The notes: a model not told the origin generated them from the letters alone. Shown: positions 25,776 to 41,646, counted from the stretch's first letter. The stretch is DNA of 64,000 nucleotides from Azolla caroliniana (GCA_043228905.1 JBHGNT010000005.1:12958001-13022000); one strand, 5' to 3'. Program-made: numbers and translations.

Positions 25776-26987
25776 CAAATATAAACCTACGGTATTCCAA
25801 ATATATTTTTTGATTTCTTTAATTCCATGTATATTAAGATAATATTTACTTCCATGTATATTAAGATTTCTTGCTTTTGTTGTTACATTTTATGATATAG
25901 GTCCAATGTTGAAGATGGAAACGACATGAAATTTACAGCCTAAAATGAACTTCTTAGGGTTTTCTTTTTATATACTCAGTCTTTATAAGGGTAACCTTTA
26001 TTGCAATAAGTTTTTTAAGTAGATATTGCAAATAACAAAATGATTTATTTTATTTCATTTTGATTTGGGTAAGATTATGTGAATAGATGATGTCTTACAT
26101 TTCAAATGGAAATATGAAGTAGGTTGCCATTTGTTTGATCAATGTGTTTGAGAAAAAATAATGTTATGGCTTTATATGAGTCTATATCCATGAAACCAAA
26201 CATAATGTTAATTTGTTAGTAATTTCATTATTGATATGCATTTTGGATTGTTCCATATGTGCTCTTTGAGATGTATGTGTTAAGTTCAAGATTGTTTTAT
26301 TGTAAATTACATTGTTTTTTATCACTCAATGTTCTTCATACGTCTCAATAAACTAAAAACAAAAACTTATATGTGGCTTGTATATGTTATACCTGTAGTG
26401 TTTTTGGGTAATGTTTCCTAATTGTGTGTACATTACTTTGTACTTTACACATTGTGTTTTCAATCTATGTGGCACTTAATGAAGCATTTCTAGGAATTTG
26501 CATATGATGTTTAATATCGATTCATAATTTTGCGAGTCATCAATTGTAAAGATGGTCATTGATCCCTTCTAGGATCGCAACCTATGTGTGCATGTATATT
26601 TTATATGTAAGGGTATTTAAAATGGGTGGTTATCAAAAAATATATTGGTAATAAGGGGTATTTTTATTAATCTTTTTTCTACAGAAAGGTTACTAAAATA
26701 GTAAAAATCATACGTATAAGGGGTTTATAAATGATGTCATGAACGCACGTGATACAACCTTCTTATGTATAGTGGAGTCCCCGGGATTATAAGGTTATTG
26801 CAAATAAAAGTATCCATAATATCTATGTCAGTTTAATCTTTTTTCAAGAGTACAAACTTTTTAGATGATCCCGCTGGTAAGATTATTACCTATTATGAGT
26901 CCCAACTAAGATACACTTATGGAACATGATTTTTTTACTTCCAGTTACTTCGTTCATTTTTTTTATGAAAAGCAGAAATCTTTAGGG

Positions 26988-27009
26988 AAGCAGTGGTATC
27001 AACGCAGAG
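26988..27009 (+). other. Library adapter contamination (SMART/ISPCR-type primer)
   Basis: Exact AAGCAGTGGTATCAACGCAGAG; copy 2 has unrelated native sequence at about 51199-51223. Confidence 0.95.
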
Positions 27010-27534
27010 AGCAATCGCTTCTTCAATGGAAAAAGCCAGAAAATCTTGATAAACCAAGATTATTCTTTCTAGGACTGTCAAGCTTGGAGTTTTTTTTTCC
27101 AAGGTTTAGTGACGATGAAACAGACATTTTTAGCATCTACCCATAGATGTTTACCCATCTTCTTTAAGAAAAACTTTGGGCTTCCGGGTATTTTAAAAGT
27201 TTCGCTTCGTTATTCGTCGACCTTGCTACGCAAGCAAAAATAATGGGAATAACCTAATTTTGTACCCATAATATTTTGTTTTAGAGAAGTTTACTTGTTC
27301 TTCATAGAAAAAAAGCTTCTTGAGTCAATTCAGCCAAAAAACCGGTTTGAAGGATCCTTTGACTAGTCGGCCCAAAGTAGGACGAATCACACTTTTACCA
27401 CTAAACCATACCCGCCACAATCTAATTGTATTACATAGATGGTTCCTCTATCTAATTCTAATTATGCTCGAGGGACCCCCGATCACTCTCTGAGGGGTCC
27501 CCCATGGACTATGCTGCTTAGCCCCAAGTGATAG

Positions 27535-29803
<2,269 letters not shown>

Positions 29804-29984
29804 TTTTTATTAAAAAAATCTCAGAAAGGCTCAATTCAATAAAAGAAAATAAGAGATTGACAAAAAAACATTAATTAGTAGATTACTTTGTCTATCCAAT
29901 CAACCAAACGGATCGGTGGATTGTAATGATTCGTTAGATATGGATAGAATGGAATGAATTAACAATTTTTTTATACTTGAGGGG

Positions 29985-30062
29985 ATGATGCAACAGAGAA
30001 ATCGGGATATTGATTCAGAAACAATGATGGGGGCAGGGGTTCATTTTGGTCATTAGACTTAG
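29985..30062 (+). pseudogene. rps2: rps2 5' end
   Basis: MMQQRNRDIDSETMMGAGVHFGH; follows rpoC2 as in the plastome. Confidence 0.85.
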
Positions 30063-31845
30063 AAGGAATGAATCGCGTTTGCTATAACCTGTAGTTCCAG
30101 ACCCAGTACCTTCAAGAAGAGGCGAATTAGCTTCAATTTCGAAGCCTTTGATGCGTAGGAGAATTGACAATCCTTTCTGACGTTGACACTTGTTGGACCT
30201 TCGGAAATTTATCAATTGGTTTGGCCGGTTCGGAGCTATCGGAGCTGGATCCACCCTTGTTGGTACATGAGTCGAAGCAATAAGAATAATATTCTTATGG
30301 ATGCGAGAGTTACTGCGCTCATTACCAATATTACTCAGTATTAGGCAAAGCAAAAACCTGGGATTAGCTTCTATTCTTTGATACGAACGATGAATATTCA
30401 ATTCATGAATATCTTGAATCCATATTGTGCAGGGAGAGAACTCTCTCACTATTCCAAAAATGAGACCCAATCGGCGTACGCTCTCTCTCGAGATGAAACT
30501 TCCATGTACATTTCTAAGATATGATTGATTGTATAACAACTTTCTTATTGGTAGCCTCACCAACGGAAAGTAGGAATTGGATGCTATATCCCTAATGACG
30601 GAAGATCATCTAGTTTCTATGGGTCCTACTAATGGAGTTCCCTCAAATGGTAATAATCCTGATTGGAGTGAGATAGGTATGTCATGACATGGCATATCTA
30701 GAACGCCTCTCCGTCTCGTCATTGCTGAGAATAGAAGATTTCTTTCGAGGGCGAAAAGAGCCCACTTCTCCGCAGTATCTAACCTACGGATCTTGTAACT
30801 AAATTAGAATTGGAATTTGATTTCGACTGATACTTGGAAATAGTATTATTTGTTACTAAATAGTGCTTTAATAGTTCTTTCTTACTATTAAGGAAATTGG
30901 AGCTTTCCCTACAAAGTATCCACAAATCTAGTTCCTTTTTGACGAAGGAGAAAAATAATATATTATTTATGTAATTCAAGAATCTCTTCAAATAATGGAT
31001 TAGTACATCTCTCGTTTGCATTTGTCTTGTTGAAGGGGAAGAAATTCCATTCTCTGAATAGGATCCACGCATTGGGTCTATTAAATATCCAATAGTATTG
31101 AAACGTTTCCATGAATGAAGGGAGTTAGAGCCCGAAACGGCAGATAAAAGATACTTGGATAATGCAAGAATGTATAATACTGAAAGAACGAAGTAAGATA
31201 AGATAACCTTATTGGAAAATTGAGAAACTAACCACCTTGAATGTAACATCTTCGTTTCATTAGGAAATTCCTTGAAAAGGATAAGATCTATTTTGGATAA
31301 TCTTTTATTGGTAGAATCATTCTTGAATCTCAATCTTAGGCTTTGTGATGAATAAGTTTTGGCTCTATATACACCCTCATAAATTCTTTTAGAAATTCTA
31401 GGTAAAGGGTAATTCAGGTCATCACTTATTTTATGTACTACTTCTAGATATGTTTCTCCAATCAGATCCTAGAAATATCTCCACCAATTATGGGTAAAAA
31501 ATCAAGGCATATACTCTCTGAATAGGCTCCATTTTTCAAAGATATTGTCTTTCCAAAAGATCAAAGATATCTTATATTCGTTCAAACCTTTCGAGAATTC
31601 ATTGAAATTGATAAGATGGAATGGGCGTATAGGTTCTTTCCGAACATACGGATCTACGATTTTCGTATCTTCATGCGAAACCTTCTTCCCAGTCAATCCT
31701 ATTTGAGATCTTGATGTTACATCGTTGCGTAGTGAGAATCTTAGCGACCAGTAAAGCATTTTCAATTCTTCTAGTTCCCAGAAACACACAATGGATGAAT
31801 CATTTTGATAGAATCGATTCTGGGTTAAAACATTCCCCGAGTCTG
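30063..31845 (-). pseudogene. ycf2: ycf2 fragment including AAA-like region
   Basis: FEKWSLFREYMP, FSPCTIWIQDIHEL, IASTHVPTRVDPAPIAPN. Confidence 0.9.
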
Positions 31846-32714
31846 ATCCACCTGTCTCAAACGCATATCTGATATTTGTATAGCAGAATTATTAGAATCT
31901 GCGCAAAGTTACAGGGTGCATTGTATGTGCAAATTGCCACCTAGCAAAGAAACTGGTAGATGTGGAGGCTCCACAATCTGTTCTTCCCGATACCGTATTT
32001 GAAGTAGTCGTTAAGATTCCCTATGATACATAGATAAAACAAGTCCTTGCTAATGGGAAAAAGGGTGGGTTGAATGTAGGTGATGTTCTTATTTTACCCG
32101 AAGGGTTTGAATTGGCTCCTCTTGATAGGATTCTGGCCGAAACAAAGGAAAAAATGGGAAAACTATCGTTCCAAAAGTATCGCTCCAATAGAAAGAACAT
32201 AATCGTGATAGGTCTGGTTCCAGGCAAACCATATAGTGAGATCGTATTTCCAATTCTTGCACCGGACCCTGCTAACAATAATGAGGTGCACTTCTTGAAA
32301 TATCCAATTTATGTTGGAGGAAACAAGGGTAGAGGGCAAATATATCCAGACGGGAGTAAAAGCCACTACACGGTTTATGCCGCTTCGGTAACAGGAAAAA
32401 TAAAGAAGGTAGTTCATAGAGAGGGTAAAGGTGGTTACGAAGTTGTTATTGAAGAATTATTTGAGAGTTGTGAAATTACTGATATTATCCCACTTATCGT
32501 TTCAAAAGGTAAATTCGTCAAGGTAAGTCAGGCATTGACTAATAATCCTAACGTGGGTGGTTTCGGTCAGGGGGAAGTGGAAATCGTACTCCAAGACCCA
32601 TTACATATTCAATGTCTTCTAGTCTTTTTTGCGTCAGTTGCTTTGGCACAAGTTTTTCTCGTCCTTAAGAAGAAACAGTATGAAATGGTCCAGTTGGCAG
32701 AAATGAATTTCTAA
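31846..32714 (+). pseudogene. petA: petA (cytochrome f), 5'-truncated
   Basis: IVCANCHLA haem motif, [29 protein letters not shown]...LAEMNF*; internal stops. Confidence 0.95.
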
Positions 32715-32861
32715 TTCCACACTTTGCATTGTACCCCTTTTTAAGTCTAAACTACGAATCAAGGGTCAGGTCTGAATTGAACCTGGTCTGCCCCCCCTCC
32801 TCACCAAGGAAGGGACAAGTCGAGGATTTAGAAAATGTTGAGAGACAAGCTCAACATTCGG

Positions 32862-33849
32862 TGTGTAAAACCGTGCGCACAATAGGCCGTAACAGTGTGT
32901 AAACCGCGAGGCCGTTGGAAAGATATTCCACGTAGGAATATATTTTGGGAGTTAATGTAGAGCTCATTTATGAGCAGTCAAGTACTATCAGTACTTGTGT
33001 CAGCCCGATAGTCAGGGCTTGTGTAAAAGGTGCTCACTGAGCACGAAGTATGCCCAATTCACTGGAGAGGACAACTACGGCCGACAACACTGAGGAAGTT
33101 ACGGATAGGGTAGAGCCTCAGTCCACCGAGAGCCCGCAGACGGAAGAGCCAGCCACAATAGAACAGAATGAGCCAGCAGACCCTGGGCCGCCCACGCAGG
33201 GAGATGTTGACGCCATGGAAAGCCTCACGGAGCAAGTACAAGACATGCAACCGTGCAACGACGCGCTTACAGGCACTACTCCATCCCTGGACCAATACGT
33301 CAGAGCGGAACCAAACATCCGGGATATTTTGGAGGAAGAATAAATGGGGTCCGACGTGCCATGGCACTGTCCCACAGGCGTGCCAAGTGTTGTCCATCGG
33401 AATAGTAACCAACGGATAGAAGCGCAAGAGCATTATAATATAGTAAAGCGTTAAGAAATGGATGTAACGGTTCATGCGGGAAGCATGAACGGCTAAAAGC
33501 CCTCAGTATATAAAGGGTAGAAATCCTCTATAAGAGGTAGCATGTAATTTTGGTGTATAGAGCGTTGTTCTATTAGAATACTATCATCTCTTATTCCTGT
33601 GTCTATCTGAGTGACGATTCAGTATTCTCTGTTGTGTATTGATAAATCATAAGTAACTATGTAAGTGTAAGATACACGCGTATACTAGTGCGTTACTGAG
33701 GAGTTTGGTTGTAGCCATCTCCCTCCTATGCTTCTCGGATACAAAGTGGTATCTTGCTACGATTTACGACTAACCCATTCCACGTAACACAGTCACCTTC
33801 AGGTCTACCTCGAAGGACTGAGCGTAGAAAGTGTTCCTAATCGGTAACA
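32862..33849 (+). mobile_element. LTR-like fragment
   Basis: TATATAAAGGG at about 33507, ends ...GGTAACA abutting gypsy pol; no matching TSD found. Confidence 0.55.
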
Positions 33850-35310
33850 GCTAGCCCGGTGGACATTATTATTACAAGAATTTGAATTTGAGATCTATCA
33901 CCGGCCAGGTATACAACATGAGGTTGCCGATTATTTGACCCGGTTAGAATCCGGAGAGACCGGTGACAGTGGTCAAGATGAATTTCCGGATGCCGAATTG
34001 TTTAAAATTACAGCGGAAACCACGGTAGATGGAACAATCGCGGACGAGGACAAATGGCTAACGAATATGCACCAGTTCTTAAGCACCGGTCTACCCCTAG
34101 ACGGGATGAACCGGGATGAACGTAAACGGTTGGTAGTGCAAAACTGACACTTTTGTCTAGTGCAAGATACACTATATCATAAAGGAGTGGACGGCATATG
34201 GCAACGAGCGGTTTGGAGTGATGACAAAGACACCATTTTACGGGAAGCGCATTGTGGGGTCGTCGGAGGACATTATGCCGGAGAAGCTACGGCAAGGAAA
34301 ATATGGCGCAACGGCTTATGGTGGCCAATGACACTAAAGGACTCGGTCCGATATACGAAGGAATGTGATCAATGTCAAAGAATGGGCCAGCCAACAGAAC
34401 AAACATGCATGCCGCACCAACCGAGACTACTTCTAGAGCCATTCCAGAAATGGGTGCTGGACTTTGTTGGACCATTCAAGCCACCAGCAATGTGAACCAG
34501 CAACAAGTACATAATTGTCGCCATAGATTACTATACAAAATGGGTGGAAGCCAAGGCCCTACGTGACAATACTGTGACGTTGACGACAAAGTTCCCGTCC
34601 AAGTTCCTGTCCAATCGAATTAATCAGCGACCAAGGTGGACACTTTCTCGGCCAAGTGGTGGAAAGCCTAACAACTTTTTATGTGGTCGTACACAAGCGA
34701 AGCACCCCTTATTACCCACAGGCCAATGGATTGGCCGAATCCACCAATAAAACTCTACAGAACATTCTCCGGAAGAATGTCAATGAGAACCGAACCGATT
34801 GGGATACAAAGCTGCACAGCGCGTTATTGGTTTATGGGACGGCATACAAAACAACTATCCGGACAACACCATTCCAGTTAGCGTTTGGTTTGGAAGCGGT
34901 GATGCCAATAGAATTCCAGATTCCAAGCTTATGGATACAGGTCCGGGAGTGGCTGAGCGAGGAGTCGGAAAAAATCCGGTTAGCAGCACTATGAGAGCTA
35001 GAGGAGCACAGAATAGCGAGCCTAATGCAGATGGAACTCGAGCAACGACAAAGTAAAGCATTCTTCCACTGCCATTGGAAGGGTAACGAGAAGATGTTTG
35101 GAATCGGCAAGCCGGTACTAGTGTTCCAGACCCGAATGGGCAAGATGTCGGGGAAGCTACGGTTCCGGTGGACCGGACCATATTGGATAATGCCAGAGTT
35201 CAACGGCTCATATCAGCTGGGAACGTTAGCCGGCAAGGTGTTGGACAAGTGGGTAAATGGGTTCCGACTTAAACCGTATTATAAACCCATGCCATAGAAC
35301 CCGTTTCCGA
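33850..35310 (+). mobile_element. Ty3/gypsy RNase H end and integrase remnant
   Basis: [48 protein letters not shown] (GPY/F motif). Confidence 0.92.
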
Positions 35311-38251
35311 CTTAATACAAGTGGGTCCCTTTAATTAATCCGCAGATTCTTCGGTCGTGTCGTTTACGGTGTGGAACAGGTTTGGTGGCACCGGTCCCAG
35401 GTAGAGTTTTAGTCGAAACCCATTCACCTTTTGTCATAGCACTTCTCCGGCTAGGGTGCCTAATTAAAACGTGCCATTTTTTGCGCCAGCTATCCAATAC
35501 GGCCCCGTCCAGCGGAATCTTAATTTACCTGGCATTTGCCCCATCCGTGTTTGAAAGACCAAGACCGCTTTGCTGACCGCAAAATCTTTTTCATGCACAT
35601 TTCGATGCCGGTCCACGAATGCTTTACGCCGACGCTACTATTGTTCCAGTATGGCCATGCTTCGTAATCGTGTCTCGCCTAGTTCGAGCAACTGTTGTAG
35701 CCGTATTTGTTCGGACTTGTCTTGTAATAGCCGGTCTCGTACCTGAATCCGCAAACTGAGCACCTGAAATTTGACCGGCATTACGGCCTCCAGCCCAAAT
35801 GCTAGCCGGAAAGGCGTGGATTGTATGCTAGTCTTATAGCTGGTTCGGTACGCCCATAACGCTTTGTGTAATTTGGTATCCCAATCTGTTATGTTCTCAT
35901 TGACGATCTTTTTTAGTATGGTCGATAACGTTTTGTTCGTGGATTCCGCTCAACCATTCACCTGTGGATAATACGGTGTGCTCTTCTTGTGGACAACGGC
36001 ATAGTGTTGTGTCAGCTCCCGAATGACCGAATTTAGAAAGTGGCTTCCTTGGTCTTTGATGAGCTCGATATGGCAGCCAAAACGACACTAGATGTTTTCG
36101 TAAAAAAAATTCGTCGTCATTGCCACGGTATTTTCTCGTAGTGCTTTCGCTTCCACCCACTTGGTGCAATAATCAGTAGCCACCAATATATATTTATTGC
36201 CAGTCTGTGTTGCCGCTGGTGTAAATGGCCCCACAAAATCGAGTCCCAATTTCTGGAATGGATCCAACGGCAACACTGGTTGATGTGGCATCCTTGCGAC
36301 CTTCGTGGGCTGGCCCATCCGTTGACATAGATCGCATTGTTTGCAATATTCATATGCATCATTTTGCGTAGTCGGCCACCATAGGACGGCTTGCCAAACA
36401 TTACAAGCTGTAACATCGCCCGCGGAGTGTCTCTTGCCGTACCACAGTGAGCTTCATGTAAAACCGCTTCCTTCTCATCCTGGAGTATTCCGCGTCGCCA
36501 AATTCCGTCGCTGCCTTTGTGATACAGGACCCCTTCGACCAAACAGAAGTTATGACTTCGGACAACCAATTGTTTCTTCTCGTCCGTCCTTAATTGTGGT
36601 GGTGGTAATCCTGTGGTTAGAAAGAATGTCATCTCCATCAACCAATGATCTGGAAAAGTTTTTTTCGTACGTGTCGCTATAGATGCAATCCACAGGATGT
36701 CCACATCAGGAAAGTCGTCATCCTTTTGTATCATTTCTCCGTTATCTATCCGACTTAAGAAATCTGCTATAGCGTGCTGCGTAACAAGTCGATGTTGTAT
36801 AACAAAGTCGAACTCTTGAAGCAACAACATCCATCTAGCCAATTTTCATGTCAATGCCTATTTCCTCACTAGGGATAGCAACGTCGTATGGTCCACGTGA
36901 AACATAAATCTCCGCCCCAACAGATAATGTTGGAATTTATTGATGTTGTATATCATACCCAACGCTTCTCGTTCCATTGTGGAGTAGTTACGCTCAGCCT
37001 TTGATAGCTTCCTACTGGCGTAGTACACTGGTCTATACCAATTTGGCTCCGTGAGCTGCATCAACGCACTACCTATTGCTATGTATGAGGCGTCTACAAA
37101 AACGTGAAATGGTTTCCCCCAATCTGGTGGTTGTACGATTAGTGCTTGAGTCAGCATTACTTTAAGCGTTTCTTATGCTTTTTCTTCATTAGCCGTCCAT
37201 TTGGAAGGTGTACGGTGGATGGCAGCATGTAAAGGTGTGGCGAAATCCACCAAATATCGTAACATACGACTATGCTAATGTATTTGTCCCAGAAAACGGC
37301 AGAGTGCTTTGGCAATTGTTGGCGTTTTTGCTTGAATGATCGCGGAAATTTTATTAGGATCCACCGCTATCTTCTCCTTGCTGACGATGTGGCCGAGGAG
37401 GGCTCCGCTTGTGACGCCGAACGCGCATTTGACTGGATTCAGGCTAAAGCGTGCAGCCCGACAACGCTCTAGACACAATCGTAACTGACTCAGATGGTCG
37501 GATGTTGTCCCATACACCGCGAAATTGTCCAAAAAGACTTCCATGAAGGCGGGTATGTATTCCCTAAAAATTTCCGTAATTGTCCATTGGAATGTAGCAG
37601 GCGCCGTCTTTAACCCGAACATCATGACTACCACGACATAAACTCCCTAGTCGGTGACAAACGTCGTCTTCTCTTGGTCGTTAAGATGCATGCGTACTTG
37701 ATTGTAGCCACTAAAGCCGTCTAGGAAACTATACATGTCATGCCTTGTGACTGCGTCTAGTACATTGTCGGTGAAAGGTAAAGGAAACGCATATGTAATA
37801 GTTACAACGTTTAATTTCCGATAGTCTACGCAAACACGAATTTTTCCATTTTTCTTTGGAACTACGATTATCGGGCTCAACCACGTAGCTTCCTTGACTG
37901 GTCGAATGAATCTGGCCTTCAGAACTTTGTCAATTTCTTCTTTTATGCGAGCCACATAATTTGGATTCATTCGGTATCGACGTTACTAAACAGGTTTCAC
38001 GTCGGTAGGTAAATTGATCTTATGCTGATAGAATTTTGTATCCAATCCCTTCATGTCTTCGTGAGACCATGCGAACACATCTTTATATTCCTTGAGCTGA
38101 GCTAACATCACCTCTTTCTGATCCAGTAGTAAGTCTTTTGCGATGGAGAGTAATCGGGGATCCATTGTCATTCCTACGTTAACTTCTTCCAACGCTGAGG
38201 CAATGACTCGTCGTGAAATTTCCATTTCTTTCTCGAACGCGGCCCGTGCTT
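35311..38251 (-). mobile_element. Ty3/gypsy pol remnant (RT-RH-INT), runs into the gap
   Basis: RVCVDYRKLN, FLDGFSGYNQ, FGLKTAPATFQ, VDAS, YYASRKL, ARWMLLLQEF, LDFVGP. Confidence 0.93.
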
Positions 38252-38351
38252 NNNNNNNNNNNNNNNNNNNNNNNNNNNNNNNNNNNNNNNNNNNNNNNNN
38301 NNNNNNNNNNNNNNNNNNNNNNNNNNNNNNNNNNNNNNNNNNNNNNNNNNN
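38252..38351. other. Scaffold gap (100 N)
   Basis: Run of exactly 100 N. Confidence 0.99.
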
Positions 38352-39625
38352 ACGAATCTATTCGAGGGAAGCTAGCCCAATACGAAGTTTTTGATAATTA
38401 GTGTCCTGAATCGTAAGATAAAAAGTTTCAATTGTTTTTTTTTTTTTTACTTCTATGGAGTATCCAATATCTTCAATTCCCCTACCTGAATCTTCTTCAA
38501 ACACAAACTCGTGTTCCAAATTCAGGCCAATATACTTTCAATCCAGGTTTGCTAATACGTTTGATTATCGTAATACATGGCTCCCTTTTTTTACCCTAAT
38601 ACTTTAAATTCACATCCAGAAATTCTTTCATGTTTTCGGTGTGTTCAGAAATCCCTTTAACAAAACTTTCTTCTAACAGGGTTCTTCCGATACGTCTAGT
38701 CATTCTGGTAGCAAGCACTCTTATTGTCGTTATCCCTCCACAAAGTAGTAGTATCTCAAGAAAACGATCGTGGTCTTTACTCAAATCTGGAATCGATGGT
38801 GTGATGGACCTATTAGAGAAGCAACGAAAAAAAGAGAATAACTAAATTAGCTTGCTTGGGACTATGGATGGCTGGTTCTGGGCCATCCCGTCTAACCTTA
38901 CCTAGGAATTATTGCTTTGAAGGGTTCTTTCAAAATGTTCAATGTAGTGCTTTTGGAATAGTGTTCAATCCTGGACATACATAGGTGCACCAACGAACAT
39001 ATATCACTCTCTGGTTGATTTGGTGGCTTCTTTCTGGAGCGGTATTTCGCCTCTATCCCTTATCCTATCCCCTATACAAACAACAAACTCGATCGGGCCG
39101 TTGGGATGCAACAAGGTGATTGGCGGTAATAGTGATATAAAAAGAAGAAGAAAAAAGTCTATGTGTATCAATTTATAATGCAAAGTGTAGAAGGAGATTC
39201 GCTAGTATATTGATTCTTTTTTTATTCCGTTGTTTTTGTTTTTTTAGTTTGGGAGACTACCACAATGAAGAGCAGTCATAGATCTTTTTCTTATTCTAGG
39301 GACTTTATGATGAGTCAATGGATCAATTTCAACAAAGAATGTTTTTTGTAGAGGTTGGACAAGTTAAGCGGTTCTTGATTCAGCTACGTGAGTATATAAC
39401 AACCAATAAACCTCAATTTGGTGAAATCATTCGTTCTACCAAGACGTTTACAGAACAGGCAGAAACTATCTCAAAAGAAGCAATTAAAGAGTCAATAGAA
39501 CTATTTTTACTGCAAGAAAAGTAACTAGCTATTTTTTTTTGCGTGAGTGGGCGGAGAGCATGGAGATTTCAACTCTCCAACCACGTTCTCCACACACGCA
39601 TGGCTATAACTATAAGGAAGGCAAC

Positions 39626-39697
39626 TACATCCAATAGGATTCGAACCTATACTTAAGGTTTAGAAGACCTCTGCCCTATCCATTAGACGATGGATGC
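39626..39697 (-). tRNA. trnR-UCU: trnR-UCU NUPT, copy 2
   Basis: Same as 15437-15508. Confidence 0.88.
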
Positions 39698-41646
39698 ACT
39701 TTTCTATCTAGTCGATAGTCAACTATCAAGAAGCTAGAGCAAGAGTACCATATCGCAAACACACAAGAGTTTTTTTTCGTTCATGACACGGTTTAGAAAC
39801 AATAAAGAAAAGCAAGATCGTTTTGGATAACCCTTTCACCCCTACGTTCTATTTTTAGCGGGTAGTGGGAATCGAACCCACATCATTAGCTTGGAAGGCT
39901 AAGGGTTATAGTCAATGCCAATTTCTTTTTATGACACCTCTAATTCAGAACCGAACATGAAAATCTCTATTCATTCGGCTCCTTTATGGAAAATTAAGGT
40001 AGATGTCAAAGCATATGGCATGCTTTTTTCTACCAACTGGCAGGGGTTCCTCACCTCGTCTCATAAGGAAAGTGGAGATAACGAAAGCCTATTACTTTTT
40101 GGAATCCCCCCCACTTAAAAAATTCTCTTATTCAATGAACCTCTTTCTATTATAAGCCCGGGGACTTCACTATCAAAACTTGTATGATAGCACGTGAGTT
40201 CATCAAAAGGGGTTTTAATTAATTAGTGAGATACAGAATATATATACATAAGGGTATTAATGAAGATTTGAAAATATTTTACATAAGGGTATTATCAATT
40301 ATGCTGGAAAAAAAATTACGTAAGCCCATGAAATATTAGATATTTCAATGAGATAGTAAAGAATATATTATGCAAAGAATACTCAAATTTGAAGTGGCAT
40401 ACATACATACATACATACATATACATGCATGCATCCATATATACCTACATTCAAACATTACATCCATGAATATGTATATACATACATACATTACACCCAT
40501 TTATACATGCATGCTGACTAAACATAAATATATATTACCATATGTAAATATGTACATACACATACATACATGCATTACATACTACATACATATTAAAATT
40601 GGCCATATATATTGACATACATATATAGATAATACATATATAAAAATTACATATTACATTTATACATACACTTCCTTACAAATATATTTTATATATTACA
40701 TATTACACACAATTATATACAAATGCAAATATACAAACCAAACACACACACAAAAAAATTCATATTATATATAATAATATATATATATATATATTATATA
40801 CACATACATACACATACACACATTCCATACATACAATACAATACAATATGTACATACATACACACACAAACATAACACACATCACACATGCATATATACC
40901 TACAAGCTACATTCATATATCACACATCACACATGCATATATATCTACATCCATGAATATGTATATACATACATTACACTCATTTATATATACATATTAA
41001 CTAAACATAAATATATGTACAAATATATATTACCATATGTAAATATGTACATAATACATAAAATAAAATTACATATTACATACATATATACATACACAAA
41101 TGCATATATACATACAAAACACTCAAAAATAAATTACATATTATATATATGTATACACATACACATACATATTAACACCAAAAGGCTAAGATTACATACT
41201 ATATATATACAAATCTTCATACTTACAAACAAGTTACATATATTACATATATATACACGTGCACCATAGTTCCTAATATTCGCGTACGTCCAATTTATTG
41301 GACGTACGCAAACGTTTGCAAACGTACGCGTATGATACGCGATATTTGTTTGGTTTTTTTTTTTTTGACTTTTTTTTGGTTTTTTTAATTTTTGATATTC
41401 ATAATATTTTGTGAATAGAAGTGACATCTGACACACATACACACACACTCTCTCTCTCTCTCACACGAGAACTGACAGATTTTCTCTCTCTACAAAATCT
41501 AGATATCTAATATACATATTACATACTCCCTCACACAAACAAAACCCATAGCTCCTCTCTCTCTCTCTCTCTCTCTCTAGAGTCTAGATATACACTCAAT
41601 CATTGTCTCCTCACACATGCAAAACAGGGCTTCTCTCTCTAGACCA

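Larger units (their letters stand above)
15968..26785 (+). mobile_element. TIR DNA transposon with P-element-like transposase remnant (about 5.6 kb without nested inserts)
   Basis: 17-bp TIR CCCGGGGACT(T/C)CACTAT, 8-bp TSD ATTATAAG (15960-15967 and 26786-26793), subterminal CACGTG(A/C)GTTCAT and AAGGG(G)TATT repeats; boundaries are solid, superfamily is inferred. Confidence 0.88.
15668..27415 (-). pseudogene. trnG-UCC: trnG-UCC (exon 1 27393-27415, exon 2 15668-15715); group II intron interrupted by a 10.8-kb TE nest
   Basis: GCGGGTATGGTTTAGTGGTAAAA|GTGTGATTCG ... ATAAC|CCTTAGCCTTCCAAGCTAATGATGTGGGTTCGATTCCC. Confidence 0.9.

Noticed and set aside
26919-27146. 75-aa ORF present only in copy 1
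   Set aside because: Spans the adapter contamination inside the trnG intron
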